From Octopus sinensis (taxonomy: Eukaryota), in contig NC_043000.1 in assembly GCF_006345805.1 (NCBI RefSeq), positions 2,790,001-2,854,000 of the forward strand: a DNA stretch of 64,000 nt. The letters are read 5' to 3'. The notes under the pieces were generated by a model. It saw only the letters and a program-made list of their open reading frames with translations, was not told the DNA's origin and did not search any database. This document shows, in pieces, positions 49,075 through 63,598 of the stretch (positions are counted from its first letter, which is position 1; every line of letters begins with the position of its first letter). The position numbers and the translations under genes are program-made.

Positions 49075-52000
49075 ATGACTCCACTTCACCACTTATACAG
49101 ATATAATACACTAATGCTACACCTCAACACTGACACTATGCCACCACACCTACACTGACATTACACCACCATACCTACATTGACACTAACCACCACACCT
49201 ACACTGACACTATACCAAAACACCTACACTGAAACTACACCACCACACCTACACTGACATTAAACCACCACTCTTACACTGACACTACACCATAACACCT
49301 ACACTGACATTACACAACCACACCTACACTGATACTACACCACAACACCTGCACTAACAATACACTGCCAAACCTACACTGATGCTACACCACCGCACCT
49401 ACAGTGACACTACATTACAACACCTACACAGACACTACACCACCACAGCTATACTAATACTACACTACCACATCTACACTGACATTACATCATCGCACTT
49501 AGACTGACACTACAGTGCCACACATGTAGATATTACACCACTATACCTACAATGACAATAAACCACCACACCCACACTGACACTACACCACCAAACCTAC
49601 ACTGACACTGCACCACCACATCTACACTGACGTTACACCACTACAACTACATTGACACTCCACCACAAAACCTACACTGACGCTACATCACCAGATTACA
49701 TTAACAGTACACCACTACACCTACACCAACCTGCCTATACTCACTCTACACCACAACATCTACACTGACACTGCATCTCCACACCTACACAGACACTATA
49801 CTGCAATACCTACACTGACAATACACCACAACACCCACAGTAACAAGACACCGCAACACCTACAGTGACACTACACAGCAACACTTACACTGACACTAAA
49901 CCATCACAACTACACTGACACTAGACTACAATACCTACACTGACATTACACTGCCAAACCTACACAGGTAATACACCACAACTACACTGACACTACACCA
50001 CCACACCTACACTGACACAACACTGCAATATCTACACTGACACTTCACTGCCACACCTGTACTAATACTTCACCACATTACCTACATTGATATTATACCA
50101 CCAAACCTACACTGACATTACATTGCAACACCTAGACTGACACTTCACCAGTACATCTGCACTAAAACTACATCACCACACCTGCACTATCACTACACTA
50201 CCACACCTACACAGACACTACACTGCACTTCCACAACACTAACACTATACCATAACACCTACACTTACACTACACAACCAAACCTATACTAAACCATCAC
50301 ACCTACACAGACACTACACCACAACACTTACACTGACATTGCACCACCACACCTACACTGACTCACCTATATTCACATTACACCATCACAGCTACACTGA
50401 CACAACGTCTCCACACCTACACTGACACGGCATCACCACACCCACACTGACACTTCACCATCACACACCTACACTACACTACATACACTGACACTACACC
50501 ACCACACCTACACTGACACAACACTGTAATAACTACACTGATGCTACACCATAATACCTACACTGACACTGAACCACCACACTGACACTAAACCACTACA
50601 TCTACACTGACATGACTCCACAACACCTACAGTGACATGACACCACAACACCTACACTGACACTATACCACCACAACTACACTGACACTAGACTACAATA
50701 CCTACACTGACACTATACCACCACAACTACACTGACACTAGACTACAATACCTACACTGACACTATACCACCACAACTACACTGACACTAGACTACAATA
50801 CCTACACTGTCACTAAACCACACTACCTACAGTGACACTACATCATAACACCACAAAACCTACACTGCCAGTTCACGGCAACAACAACACTGACACTGCA
50901 AGACCACTGAGACTTCACTACCACACCTATACTGATACTACACCACATTACCTACACTGATATTATACCACCACACCTACACTGACACTACATCACCACA
51001 CCTATACTGACACTATACCAGAACACCTACACTGTCACTACACAACCACACTACACTGACACTACACCATCACACTTACACTGTTGCTACACCACCACAC
51101 CTACACTGGCACTACACCACCACACCTACACTGGCACTACACCACCACACTTACACTACACTGCACTACCTACACTGACATTACTCCACCACACCTAACA
51201 TAAACCACCACAACAACCCTAACCCTAACCACACCTATACTGAACCACCACACCTACAATGACACTATGCCCCAACACCTACACTGACACTAAACCACCA
51301 CACCTACATTGACACTACACCACAACACCTACACTGACACTACATCACTACACCTGCATTGACACTGCATCTCCACACCTACACTGAAATTACTCCACCA
51401 CACCTAAAATGACACTACATCACACTATGTACACTGACACTACAACACCATACCTACACTGACACTACACCACCACACCTACACTGACACTACCCTGCAA
51501 TAACTACACTGATGCTGCACCACAACCCCTACACTGACTCTACTCCCTAATATGTACATTGCCCTTCACCACCATACATATACTACAACACCTACATTGA
51601 TACTACACTTCCGCAACTACACTGACACTACACTGCAACACCTACACTGACACTGCACTTTCACAACTACACTAAAACTACACTACCACTCCTACACTTA
51701 CACTACATCACCACACCTAGACTAACTCTACACCAGCACCACCATACTGACACTACACTACACTATCTACACTGAGAGTATACCACCACAACTACACTGA
51801 TGCTATATCAAAACACCTACACTGACATGCCTATACTCACACTACACCGCACCTACACTGACACAACACCATCACACCTACACTGACACCACACCACACT
51901 ATGTACACTGACACTACACCACCCACCCACACTGACATGTCACTATCACACCTACACTGACACTACACTGCAATACCCACAAACAGTAAACCACCACAAA

Positions 52001-52870
52001 TACACTGACACTAACTACACTACCACACCTGCACTGACAATACACTGCAACAACTACACTGACAATACACTACATTACACCACCACACCTACACTGGCAC
52101 TACACCACAATACGTACATTGACAGTACACCAAGGCAGTTACACTAACACTACACTGCAGATACAAAATCACATCTACACTACTACGCCTACACTGCCAG
52201 TACACCACAACACCTACAATGACACTTCACCACCAAACCTACACTTAAACTACACCACCACACCTGCACTAACACTTCCCTACCACACCTACAATGACAC
52301 TGCACTGAAATTCCTACATTCCTACACTAACACTACACCACTGCACCTACACTTACACTACACTGCAATACCTACAGTGACACTAATTCACCACACCTAC
52401 ACTACACCATACACCCACACTGACACTACACCTACACTGAAACTACACCACCACACCTACACTAACACTATAGCACCACAGCTGCACTAACACTACAGCA
52501 CCACACCTTCGCTGGCAGTAGACCACCACAGCTACACTGACGTTACACCACCACACCTACACTGCCAATAAACCACCACACCTACTCTGACAGTAAACCA
52601 CCACACCTACACTGACATTACAGCACCACACCTACACTGACACTACAACACCACACCTACACTAAGACTACACCACCAAACCTACATTAATAGCACACTA
52701 CTACACCTTTACTGATACCACACCCACAACTATACTAACGCTACACCACCACACCTGCACTAACACTACATCACCAGAAATATACTGACACTACACCACC
52801 ACCCCTACACTAACACTACGCCACTCCACCTACACCACTACACCTACACTAACACTACTACCCCTACACC
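49075..52870. repeat. 3.8-kb degenerate 25-bp tandem array (ACACTGACACTACACCACCACACCT)
   Basis: About 150 units by length; three identical 50-bp dimers at 50651-50800. Confidence 0.9.
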
Positions 52871-53860
52871 AAAGACATTCTTGCACCTAACATGTGTGCG
52901 TGAGTGCGGTGCGTGTGTGTGTGTTTACATTTGTTGTTAAATCGAGTATTGTGTCCCATTATGTCTCAAAGTTCAAGTACAGATCTATAAAATAAATGCC
53001 AGATTGAAATAAGTACCCAGGTGAGTATGATCGATTGAATTTTTGAAGGTGATACTCCATCATGGCAGCAGTTGAAAGACTAAACCCAATAAAATAATGT
53101 CTAAAGACTTAATGGCTTCAAATTTAAAGTAATGGATTACTAACCACAAGATAATGAGTTCAAAACTTTGTATTGAACTTCCACTCTATACGATAACACT
53201 ATATGTATATCTCAGTCTACTGGACTTCCAACAATTAACAAATGTAATTTGAAGTTCAATGGTTAACAGTAAGAAAGATGTCCAGATTTCTTAAAACATT
53301 ATTGTGCAAAATATTCTGAGAAAAAAGTATTTTTCACCACAACAAAACACACACACACTGGTGTTTCTGTGGTAACGTGAGCTAATGCAAATAGCAGCCA
53401 AATCTCTCTTAAAACACACCTTTCATCAAAAGAAAAATAGTTTTACAGTATTTCAGGAAAAAAAAAAAAAACGTAGCGATGGGTCTGCTACATCAGAGGC
53501 CATTCTGGGCCAAACAAATCACAGACAAACATACTTCACATTAAAAAATTATGTACTAAATAATACTAATGAAGTTGACAGTGTATCTTGAAAGTTCCAT
53601 TCCCTGGTAAAACTCCATGTATTTTAAACATTTTCACATTATACCCCATGTAAGACATATTGTTCAAGCAGAGTTGCCTCCCTTAGCTAAAAACCTCAAA
53701 ATTGTGCGACCCGACCTTATTTTCGAGGTTATTTTTGTAGTAAAAAAGAGTTGCTGCGCAAAAAACATTCTTTATTTGGTAGCCGGAAGATTACTGAATC
53801 TTTTTATATCTCATACGTCAAAATCGGCAACTCAGTTTTTGAATCCATAAGAAACATACG

Positions 53861-53892
<32 letters not shown>

Positions 53893-54638
53893 TACACACA
53901 CAAACTTAGTTTTATATATTAAGATATATAAATTGTGCGCATTTTCCTTTTTATTATATATATTTTCACCTCGTGGGGAAAATCTCTTCAACGAAATTCG
54001 TTTTTACTATGTGTGTGAATGTGTGTACGTATGTGTGTGCGTATTTGCGCTTCTGTAACTTCGCGGTTCGACAAAAGAGACCGATAGAATAAGTATCAGG
54101 TTTATCAAAAAATAAGTTGAAGGGTCGATTCATTCGATTAAAAAATTCCTCAAGGTGGTGCCCCAGAATGGCCGCAGTCTAATTAGTGAAACAAATAAAA
54201 GATAGAGAATAAAAGACAGAGATGTGAAAGAGAGAGAGAGAGAGAGAGAGAAAGTGGAGAGAAAGTGGAGAGATTGAAGGAGAGAGACATTACAAAGGCT
54301 GACATGAACTTTTCCTCTCTTCATATGCATAAAGAGAAATATGCACACATCTATAAACAGAGGAAAAGAGGTGGGGTAGAGAGAAAGGGGGAGGACAATG
54401 AGAGAAATGTCAATGCAGCTGATGTTAAATGAATCAGCGACGTCAAATAAGCAGCACCAAAACGGCTGTGCCAAAACGTCTCATACCCTAGCAATGTAAA
54501 CAACTTGCGTCAACCAAAGATAGTTTAAGCATGAGGAGTGAAGCGACATCCACTACATGGACGTGGCTATTAATTGGTTTAGCAATCAACTGTAGCAATG
54601 CTTTTTGGGTTAGTTTGCAGCTGAATAGAGAAGATTAA

Positions 54639-54857
54639 CCCTTTAGTGTTCAGATTATTCTATCAAACATAATGCCTATTGATTCCCATTGATTTGAATT
54701 AATCATGCATTATGTCATATCTTCAAGATCTTGATGGTGTAATTACTTAATGTAGAATAACATTGTAGGGTAGGTGTAAGAGCCTGGATCTGGTCAGTTT
54801 GAACATAAAACAGATTAAATATTTTGGCCGGATATGGCCGGTTTAAATACTAAAGGG
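54639..54857. mobile_element. piggyBac-type MITE
   Basis: TTAA TSD on both sides; TIRs CCCTTTAGTGTT / AATACTAAAGGG. Confidence 0.85.
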
Positions 54858-55034
54858 TTAAAGGCAAATTTCAAATTTAAATATTCATCACACACACACA
54901 CACCACACACACACACACGTGTAACAGATGCAACCTTTGGTATCTGTTACAACTGGTCCAAGCAGTAACTTTACTACACTTTTCAGCTATGCTCATGGTT
55001 GATCTCTCAAATGTTGGTACGAGAAGCCACCCTC

Positions 55035-55467
55035 GCCACAGAAACCACGAACGTATACTCTTACTCTTTTACTTGTTTCAGTCATTTGACTGCGGCCATG
55101 CTGGAGCACCGCCTTTTTTTAGTCGAGCAAATCGACCCCGGGACTTATTCTTTGTAAGCCCAGTACTTATTGTATCGGTCTCTTTTGCCGAACCGCTAAG
55201 TGACGGGGACGTAAACACACCAGCATCTGTTGTCAAGCAATGCTAGGGGGACAAACACAGACACACAAACACATACATATATATATATATAGACATACAT
55301 ATATACGACAGGCTTCTTTCAGTTTCCGTCTACCAAATCCACTCACAAGGCATTGGTCGGCCCGGGGCTATAGCAGAAGACACTTGCCCAAGGTGCCACG
55401 CAGTGGGACTGAACCCGGAACCATGTGGTTGGTTAGCAAGCTACTTACCACACAGCCACTCCTGCGT
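55035..55467 (-). mobile_element. SINE S2, full length
   Basis: S2 family match. Confidence 0.9.
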
Positions 55468-55712
55468 ATGAAGTGGTATCTGCTTGCATGGATTTCTGAT
55501 TTTTTTCTTTGCCATCTCAACTGGAGAGCTGTAATTAACACCTGTTCCACTACGAAAACATCCCCGTTGATTGCTGTCCTCCAAGCTGTTCCATCATTAG
55601 CATCACATCCTTATTTTCGCGTAACTTGTACCGCCCTATCTACTTACACGCATACACACATGTACAGACTGTTGAATACATACATACATACATACATACA
55701 TACATACATACT

Positions 55713-56222
55713 TGTGGAGTGGTTGGCGTTAGGAAGGGCATCCAGCTGTAGAAACACTGCCAGATCTGACTGGCCTGGTGCAGCCCCTGGCTTCCCAGAC
55801 CCCGGTTGAACCGTCCAACCCGTGCTAGCGCGGAAAGCGGACGTTAAACGATGATGATGATGATGATGATGATACATACATACATGCATACATACATACA
55901 TACATACATACATACATACATACATACATACATACATACATACATACATACATACATACATACATGCATACATACATAGATACATACATACATACATACA
56001 TAGATACATACACACACATACATACATACATACATACATACATACATACATGCATACATACATACATCATACATACATACATACATGCATACATACATAC
56101 ATACATACATACATACAAATACATACATACATACATACATACATACATGCATACATACATACATACATCATACATACATACATACATATATACATACATA
56201 CAATACATACATACATACATAT
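55713..56222 (+). repeat. S3 3' fragment (55713-55872) followed by (CATA)n
   Basis: S3 tail, then a tetranucleotide array. Confidence 0.85.
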
Positions 56223-56382
56223 GCATTAATCTTTGAATAGACGCTAAGCCATTTAACAAACAATAGTAGAAACTTGGAGAAGTCATGAACGTTTCGATCA
56301 TTATTAATTAAATAGATATTGCTATAAACAAAGTCTGGTAAGAGAAAAGATAGGCCAAGGAGGACCGACAAATACCTAAAAT

Positions 56383-56812
56383 GGCAATCTTTCGTCTCTA
56401 GTAGACCTTTCCGTCGATTTCCGTAAAAAAATTTTTTTTTTTACATATGGGCTTGCGGGAACTTTTGAAGTAATGAGAGCGAAAGAGACTAAGAGAAAGC
56501 GATTTTATGACGAGGGAAGTTCTTTTGAAGTTACCGTGCATGTGAAACATTGATGTACATGTGTGTGTGTGCGTGTGTGTGTTTGATGGTGTGTGGGAGA
56601 CAGACAGTATGTTGTGTAAGTGAAGTGCTTCTGTTAGTGTGTGTGAAGAGACAGAGTAATGTGTGAAAGAGAGAGATAACTGAAATTTTTTACTCGGTGT
56701 ATGTGTATATGTATGTATATTACTTCAAAAGTTCCCGCAAGCCCATATGTAAAAAAAAAAAAAATTTTTTACGGAAATCGATGGAAAGATCTACTAGAGA
56801 CGAAAGATCGCC
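56383..56812. mobile_element. MITE with ~90-bp TIRs (GGCRATCTTTCG ends)
   Basis: 56383-56474 is inverted at about 56719-56812; no clear TSD. Confidence 0.8.
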
Positions 56813-56932
56813 CTTATTGTTGTTAGACTATCCTAGATTCACAAGCGTTTGAAAATTCTTTAGCTAATGGAAAAAGAATAGCTGCTTAGCAATGATCAAA
56901 ATAACACTAAATCAGAGAAGAGAAACAGCACA

Positions 56933-57940
56933 AAGGCAGCGAGCTGGCAGAAACGTTAGCACGCCGGACGAAATGCTTAGCGGTATTTCGTCCGCCGCTA
57001 CGTTCTGAGTTCAAATTCCGCCGAGATCGACTTTGCCTTTCATCTTTTTGGGGTCAATAAATTAAGTACCAGTTACGCACTGGGGTCGATGTAATTGACT
57101 TAATACCTATGTCTGTCCTTGTTTGTCCCCTCTATGTTTAGCCCCTTGTGGGTAATAAAGAAATAGGTATTTCGTCTACCGCTACGTTCTGAGTTCAAAT
57201 TCCGCCGAGATTGACTTTGCCTTTCATCCTTTCGGGGTCGATTAAATAAGTACCAATTACGCACTGGGGTCGATGTAATCGACTTAATTCGTTCGTCTGT
57301 CCTTGTTTGTCCCCTCTGTGTTTAGCCTCTTGTGGGCAGTAATGAAATAAGAATCAGCACAAAGCGTCAAGTATTACATATATCTATGAACCAGTCTTCT
57401 ACCTACATTTAGAAATCATGAACAATATACAACCAAAACTCTTAAAGTTTCTTATTTCTTTACTATCCGCAAGGGGCTAAACACAGGGGATAAACAAGGA
57501 CAGACAAACGGATTAAGTCGATTATATCGACCCCAGTGCGTAACTGGTACTTAATTAATCGACCCCGAAAGGATGAAAGGCAAAGTCGACCTCGGCGGAA
57601 TTTGAACTCAGAACGTAGGGGCAGATGAAATACCTATTTCTTAACTACCCACAGGGGCTAAACACAGAAGGGACAAACAAGGACAAACACAAGTATAATA
57701 ATAACATTTATTAAATTTATACATCAAGACGGCGAGATAGCAGAATTGTTAGCACGCAGGGCAAAATGCTTTACGGCATTTCGTTCGTCTTTACGTTCTG
57801 AGTTCAAATTCTGCCGAGATCGACTTTGCCGTTCATCCTTTCGGAGTCGATAAAATAAGTACGAATTGAACACAGGGGACGATGTAATCAACTTACCTCA
57901 CCCCCGAATTGCTTGCCTTGTGCCAAAATTTGAAATCATT
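56933..57940. mobile_element. S1 SINE cluster: dimer (+, 56933-57350), copy (-, about 57450-57690), copy (+, about 57727-57940)
   Basis: S1 matches; CAGCACAAAG flanks the first. Confidence 0.85.
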
Positions 57941-58837
57941 ACATTTATATATCAATCAAATCGGATAAAAATAATGAAAAAGTAGTGTTCCAAATCAGTC
58001 CAAAAATGTTTCTACAGTCGTTCCTTTTGGCGATTGATGTTTTCAAGAGGATGTTCAAAGCGTTTTCAGGCGATCTTTCGGTACAAGATCCATAACTGCT
58101 ACGTCTGTTTGTTTACATTTGAAGAAGATCGTCACTCTCCGTAAAGTTTTTTTTTTTATATATATGTGGGGGTTAGGGTTAGGGGTGGGGGAAAAGGGTT
58201 TCTTTTTTCTTCAGAAATGTAAATAGACCCACGTGGGTTTATAGTTGGCAGTTATGGTACGTTTTCATTGCCCTCCAAAAAGTTTAGGAGGTGCAAGCGC
58301 ACCCCCTTTTCCCGAGCCTTTGTTTCACTTCCTAAACCCTGCACTAAATCCTTTCGTTGTTTCCCCTTTCTAAGAAAGCAATTCTTTGGGATTCCCATCC
58401 CAGCCAAGTTTTCCATGCAGACAACACCCTATAAACTGTGTCAATTTCGCACACAAAACACTATATTATACTATGCATCGAGGACGTGAAAGTGCGACAG
58501 TTGCTGTTCTAGACTTGTTAATGTGTATTCCATTACAGAGTTTGGGGCCCGTGAAACCACTGATGCCGTGGATATTTCTGTTGTTCTGTGTGCTGTTACA
58601 TGTGTCTGAGTATTTGAAGGTAGGGGTCATTCATGTATTAGCAAAGAATGTGAGGTTTGAAGCTTGGCGACCTCTACCAGTGATGCAGCATGGAGTTTTG
58701 ATCACCCAGAGAAGTAACTAAACAGAAAGCCCCCTTCATACCTTCGACTATAGCATGTCACACTATGCAGTTTTTCAACCCTCAAGAAATTGACTCTAAA
58801 TTTTCCTCAAATGCTATTCAACAGTCTTAAAAAGGGT

Positions 58838-59277
58838 GGATCTTTTCGGTTTGAACGGCAGTTTTTTCTAGCGGTGTCATATGAAATTGTCACCCATAAT
58901 TATGACCCTAGTATCGATCTATTGCATTTCAATCTGAATTAGGGTTAGGGTTAGTTAGGTTTGGTTAGGGTTGGGGTGGGGGGAAGGGTATCTTTTTTTT
59001 TAAGAAATGTAAATAAACCCAATCTGTTTCTTAAACGAGGGACATATTCATACGGCACAGAATGTTTTCACCTCAATAGACGGTCATTGATTGGTTGAAA
59101 TTGCAGAAATAGAAGAAAAAAAAAACCCAACAAATATCTTACAAACTATAGAATTTTCTCAATAAAGCCAAGAGAAAAAGATGTTTTATAAACACATTCT
59201 ACCAGTATACGAAGTTTAAAAGTGTTTAGTTACGTGGAAATTATTTTAAAAAACTGCCGGTCAAACCGAAAAGATCC
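58838..59277. mobile_element. MITE with 29-bp TIRs, 8-bp TSD and internal TTAGGG repeats
   Basis: GGATCTTTTCGGTTTGAACGGCAGTTTTT / AAAAACTGCCGGTCAAACCGAAAAGATCC; TSD AAAAGGGT/AAAAGGGC; related fragment at 58069-58230. Confidence 0.85.
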
Positions 59278-61965
59278 AAAAGGGCTAAATATACAGGATA
59301 AGTATAAATGTATTGTTTTTGTGGGAAAATGAATACCAAATCACACAAAACGTGTAAACAACTCCAAAATATATGAACTTCAAAGCAAAACGTTAAAAAT
59401 GTATACAATGCAAACAACGTCTACAACATAATGACGCATCCGTCCGTATTAGTTGTCTGTGCGAGGTTTTTAATGAAAACCTTTGAGCTCAGCCCACGGT
59501 AACGTTCAACAGAAATCGCTTTGTTGTACAACTTATCAGTGGCGGACAGACACTGTTTACAAAAAGTGTTGCTAGAAAACCTACCGGTTTGATGGATGTT
59601 ATTAACGATCGATAGAACTAACATAAATGGGAACTCAAGCTATGGACATTGAATGTGTATCGTTAACTACAGTTATTTTCCAGGAACAATTAGGAGCGAT
59701 GGCAATCGATTAAAATAAACGGGACAAACTACCAAATTGGATTAAGCTTCTGTAACCTTCCCTAAAACATAATAAAACGAATATAGAGAAGAAACAAAGC
59801 TCCAGACACTTAAATGTTATTTTAATTAAGTGTAATTATTAAGTGATTCCCGTAGTTTTGGAGGGTTTCAAAGCAATCTAATGAAGCAGACAGGTTCTAT
59901 TCAGCTACAAACGTGATCGATACAGATCAATGCATTACCATATTGTGTCATCTCACAGTAAGGAAATAAGGATGTTGAGGATCAAATGGGGGAAAATATC
60001 ATCGTGACATTCTGAAAAAGAACTTAATACTAATTAGAAATATTCAGTGTGATATCGGGACAGTAGGACGAACTGAGCAATAATTACGCGGAGAATGAGT
60101 CATTCTGCAACTTCTACTGATTTTTAATAACAATTAGAAAAAAAAAAAATAATAAAATGGTGATGCTCCAGCATGGCCGCAGTCTAATGACTGAAACAAG
60201 TAAAAGTTTGAGTCCTAGTTTTCCTGTTTACACCACCAAAACCTATATTTATGCATGTATGTCAGTCCATGTTCACATGTGCATCGTTGCGAAGTCGAGA
60301 GACTGTCATTGCTAACCGTCGGCTCAATAATGAGCAGAGGATTCAACCGGTGGATCGGTTCGGAGGAAAGAGGGGCAAGGAAAGGTTCACGGATATCCAA
60401 CGACCTCCTTCCCGCCGCATCCACTCACCCACCAAAAAAATAAAAAATAAATAATAATAATAAAAATAAAGAAAGAAAAGGAAAACTCCGCAGCCCTTTG
60501 AATATTGAGAGGCGATTCTGTTTTGTTCTACTCTACAAGATTTCTCTTGGAGGCCCCGTTTTTCTATTCCAATGTAGGAGGTCATACGGAAGTCAGAAGT
60601 CACTTCCTTTCTGTATACTACCTAACCATGAGTCAGCAACTGAGGTTTTATGTGGTCATGCAACCTTCTAGAAATAGCAACTACGTCTTCCTCATACCGC
60701 ATTCTATCATTTTAGAAAAGGCTTGGGGGATATCACGGTTCTTGGTGCATTGTGTAAGGGAAAAATTGTGGATGGAGGTCGTCACGGTTTGAATGTTTTT
60801 CACGATAGGTTTATATAGATCAGGTTTGACATGGAGGTAAACATCATTATCATAAACATCAGCAAAAGCAACAACAACACTAATACAGTGGACTCGCGTC
60901 AAAAAAAAAAAAGCAAAAGATAGCGACGTCAGTTGCGAATATATAAACAAATTAAACTAGAAGTTTCTCTATGTTACTATATTTGATTAAGTATCTTCGA
61001 AAATTTCGCTTCTGGATTTGGTTTTTAAGAACCTTGATGTGAACTTATGTGTTGAAACAGAATGATTAGGTCTGAACGTCTGGTACTTTAATAGCGCTGG
61101 TCTAGGAGACTTCCCAGTTAGGTTCCTCCCAACAACGAAGTCGATAACTGGGAAACTTAATTGACGAGGTCTTGAAGTAAATTCAAATGTAAACTATAGA
61201 TATACAATCATTTATCCCCGCCACGTCAAGCTACGGTGAACCTATTCACTGATTTCTTCCTCTCTATCATAGTCCCCCCTTCCTATCGGCGTGAGTTTCC
61301 TTAGAGCTCTGATTTTCGATATTGCGTTTGACCCCACCTTTCTTCCTACGAAGTCAACATCAAACAGTTATTTAAAGATATCAGGATAAATGAGAACCAC
61401 GACGGACTTTTTTTTTTAAGAATTATTTATCTATCTCGAAGTTAGTTCACAATCTGATCATTAGCTTCTTTCGTGGGCAACAGCTTCGCCTTTCCAACAC
61501 AGGATAGCTCCGACGGAGAGGGTATGAAGCCTTACAGTTATGGACGAAGCTTTTACAATAGTACCCACACCTTTATACCTGCCCGGAAACCGAATTTCTT
61601 CTCATTTGGCCTTGTGCCTCGCCACCCGGGACCATCAGCACAACTCACCGCAATTTCCATTTTTTAAAAATAATTTAACATCTCAACCTTTCTTGTTTTC
61701 CGGAGCCTCTATGTTTCTTGCAAAGACAAATAAAAACTTATGTGACCTTTTCATTAAAAAATATCTAGTCCTCAGCCACATCTAACCCGGAACTTCCGCT
61801 TACTTCTGCACCCGACGCTATACTTTCTCTTCATCTTCCACACCACACACCCTAGCGGCCACAATAATATATCGACGTATCAAATTATTTTGACTGCATG
61901 TCTTTCAACCAGAATGCATTCCTTCCAATATTATATACTTTATAATATGCTATGTCTGCAGTTTA

Positions 61966-62478
61966 TCTATATATATAAAACTGTAGTTGTGTGAGTGTCT
62001 GTCCCCTTCGATTTAGATTCCTAACTACTCCCACATTTTGCGGTGCAGTTTAACCAAATTCGGGTATCTTATAGTCGTGATTCATATCGAGCCAGTCTGG
62101 GTATTAGCGCGCGTCTACGATGAGTCTACGATTTTAAAAATAATTTAACATCATTTTTTATTCCATTTTAATGCATATTTTTTCGTGTGTCGATGGCGGC
62201 GGAGTTGGCGTCCATGGTCACACCTGCACCTGTTTGCTTCTCCCCCTTCTTCCTTCCCTCGTGAAGCTGTGGGGAAGGGAGCGTAAGGAAATCAACGTCG
62301 TAAAGCGTTGTCAAGGAGACCAGCGTTCTTTTAGAACAACGACTTCATGGCTTGAAGACACCAAAACAGAAATGGCTAAGAAAGCCCGAATTGGCATCTA
62401 TAAGGGAAGTAACTCTCTAAAAATGCTTATATAGTTATTTCCCTTACAAACCCGAGCAACGCCGGGCGATACTGCTAG
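61966..62478 (+). mobile_element. Non-autonomous Helitron
   Basis: A|TC...CCCGAGCAACGCCGGG hairpin...CTAG|T. Confidence 0.9.
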
Positions 62479-62979
62479 TTATATATATAGTCTAGGTAGT
62501 CAGTTGAGCGATCACTTACCGTAACATCTACACGATATCCGAAACAACGCCCCAGGAGTTCTCAAACCGGAACTTGTCGATCCTCTGATCACTTCGTCTG
62601 TGTACTGTTTCGACACTATCAGATTAGTAAGATCCGACAATTAAGGAAGTAACACCTCATTTTCAACCAGAGAACCTCAGCTTCTCTCAGTACAAACATC
62701 CATCTTAATTAGGTCGTATTGTACCTCTAACCCACCCCACTTCAAATTCCTCCCCCTTCCCGGTTTCCATCTCAAAACTAGCCAGCTTCTCCGTTATTTA
62801 TCTGTGCGTCCATTTACAAGTCTTCAATACCTATAAATCTTTATTTGCAGTTTCGCGTGTTGCTGTGTTTGTATGTACAGCGGTGTATGTGCATACATGG
62901 GCGCAACATGTACGCTTTTAATATTGTGTATGTGCGTGTGCGCGTGCGTATGTATTGATATGTTCATCACACTACAGTT

Positions 62980-63598
62980 ACTCTTTTACTCTTTTACTTG
63001 CTTCAGTCACTGTGGCCATGCTGGAGCACCGCCTTTAGTCGAGCAAATCGACCCCGGGACTTATTCTTTGTAAGCCCAGTACTTATTCTATCGGTCTCTT
63101 TTGCTGAACCGCTAAGTTACGGGGACGTAAACACACCAGCATCGGTTGTCAAGCAATACTAGGGGGACAAACACAGACACACAAACATATACACACACAC
63201 ATATATATATATATATATACATATATACGACGAGCTTCTTTCAGTTTCCGTCTACCAAATCTACTCACAAGGCATTAGTCGGCCCGGGGCTATAGCAGAA
63301 GACACTTGTCCAAGATGCCACGCAGTGGGACTGAACCCGGAACCATGTGGTTGGTTAGCAAGCTACTTACCACACAGCCACCCACAAGGGGCTAAACACA
63401 GAGGTGACAAGCAAGGACAAATAAACGGATTAAGTCGATTACATCGACCCCAGTGCGTAACTGGTACTTATTTAATCGACCCCGAAAGGATGAAAGGCAA
63501 AGTCGACCTCGGCGGAATTTGAACTCAGAACGTAACGGCAGACGAAATACCGCCAAGCATTTTGCTCGGCGTGCTAACGTTTCTGCCAGCTCGCCGCC
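62980..63598 (-). mobile_element. S2 (about 62980-63385) abutting S1 (about 63380-63598)
   Basis: Family matches; the junction lies at a shared CCAC. Confidence 0.85.

Noticed and set aside
52119-52490. Thr/His-rich mucin-like ORF
   Set aside because: A chance open frame in a 25-bp array whose period is not a multiple of three.
54627-54637. AGAGAAGATTA resembling the U6 core
   Set aside because: Only 11 nt, and it overlaps the TTAA target site of a MITE.
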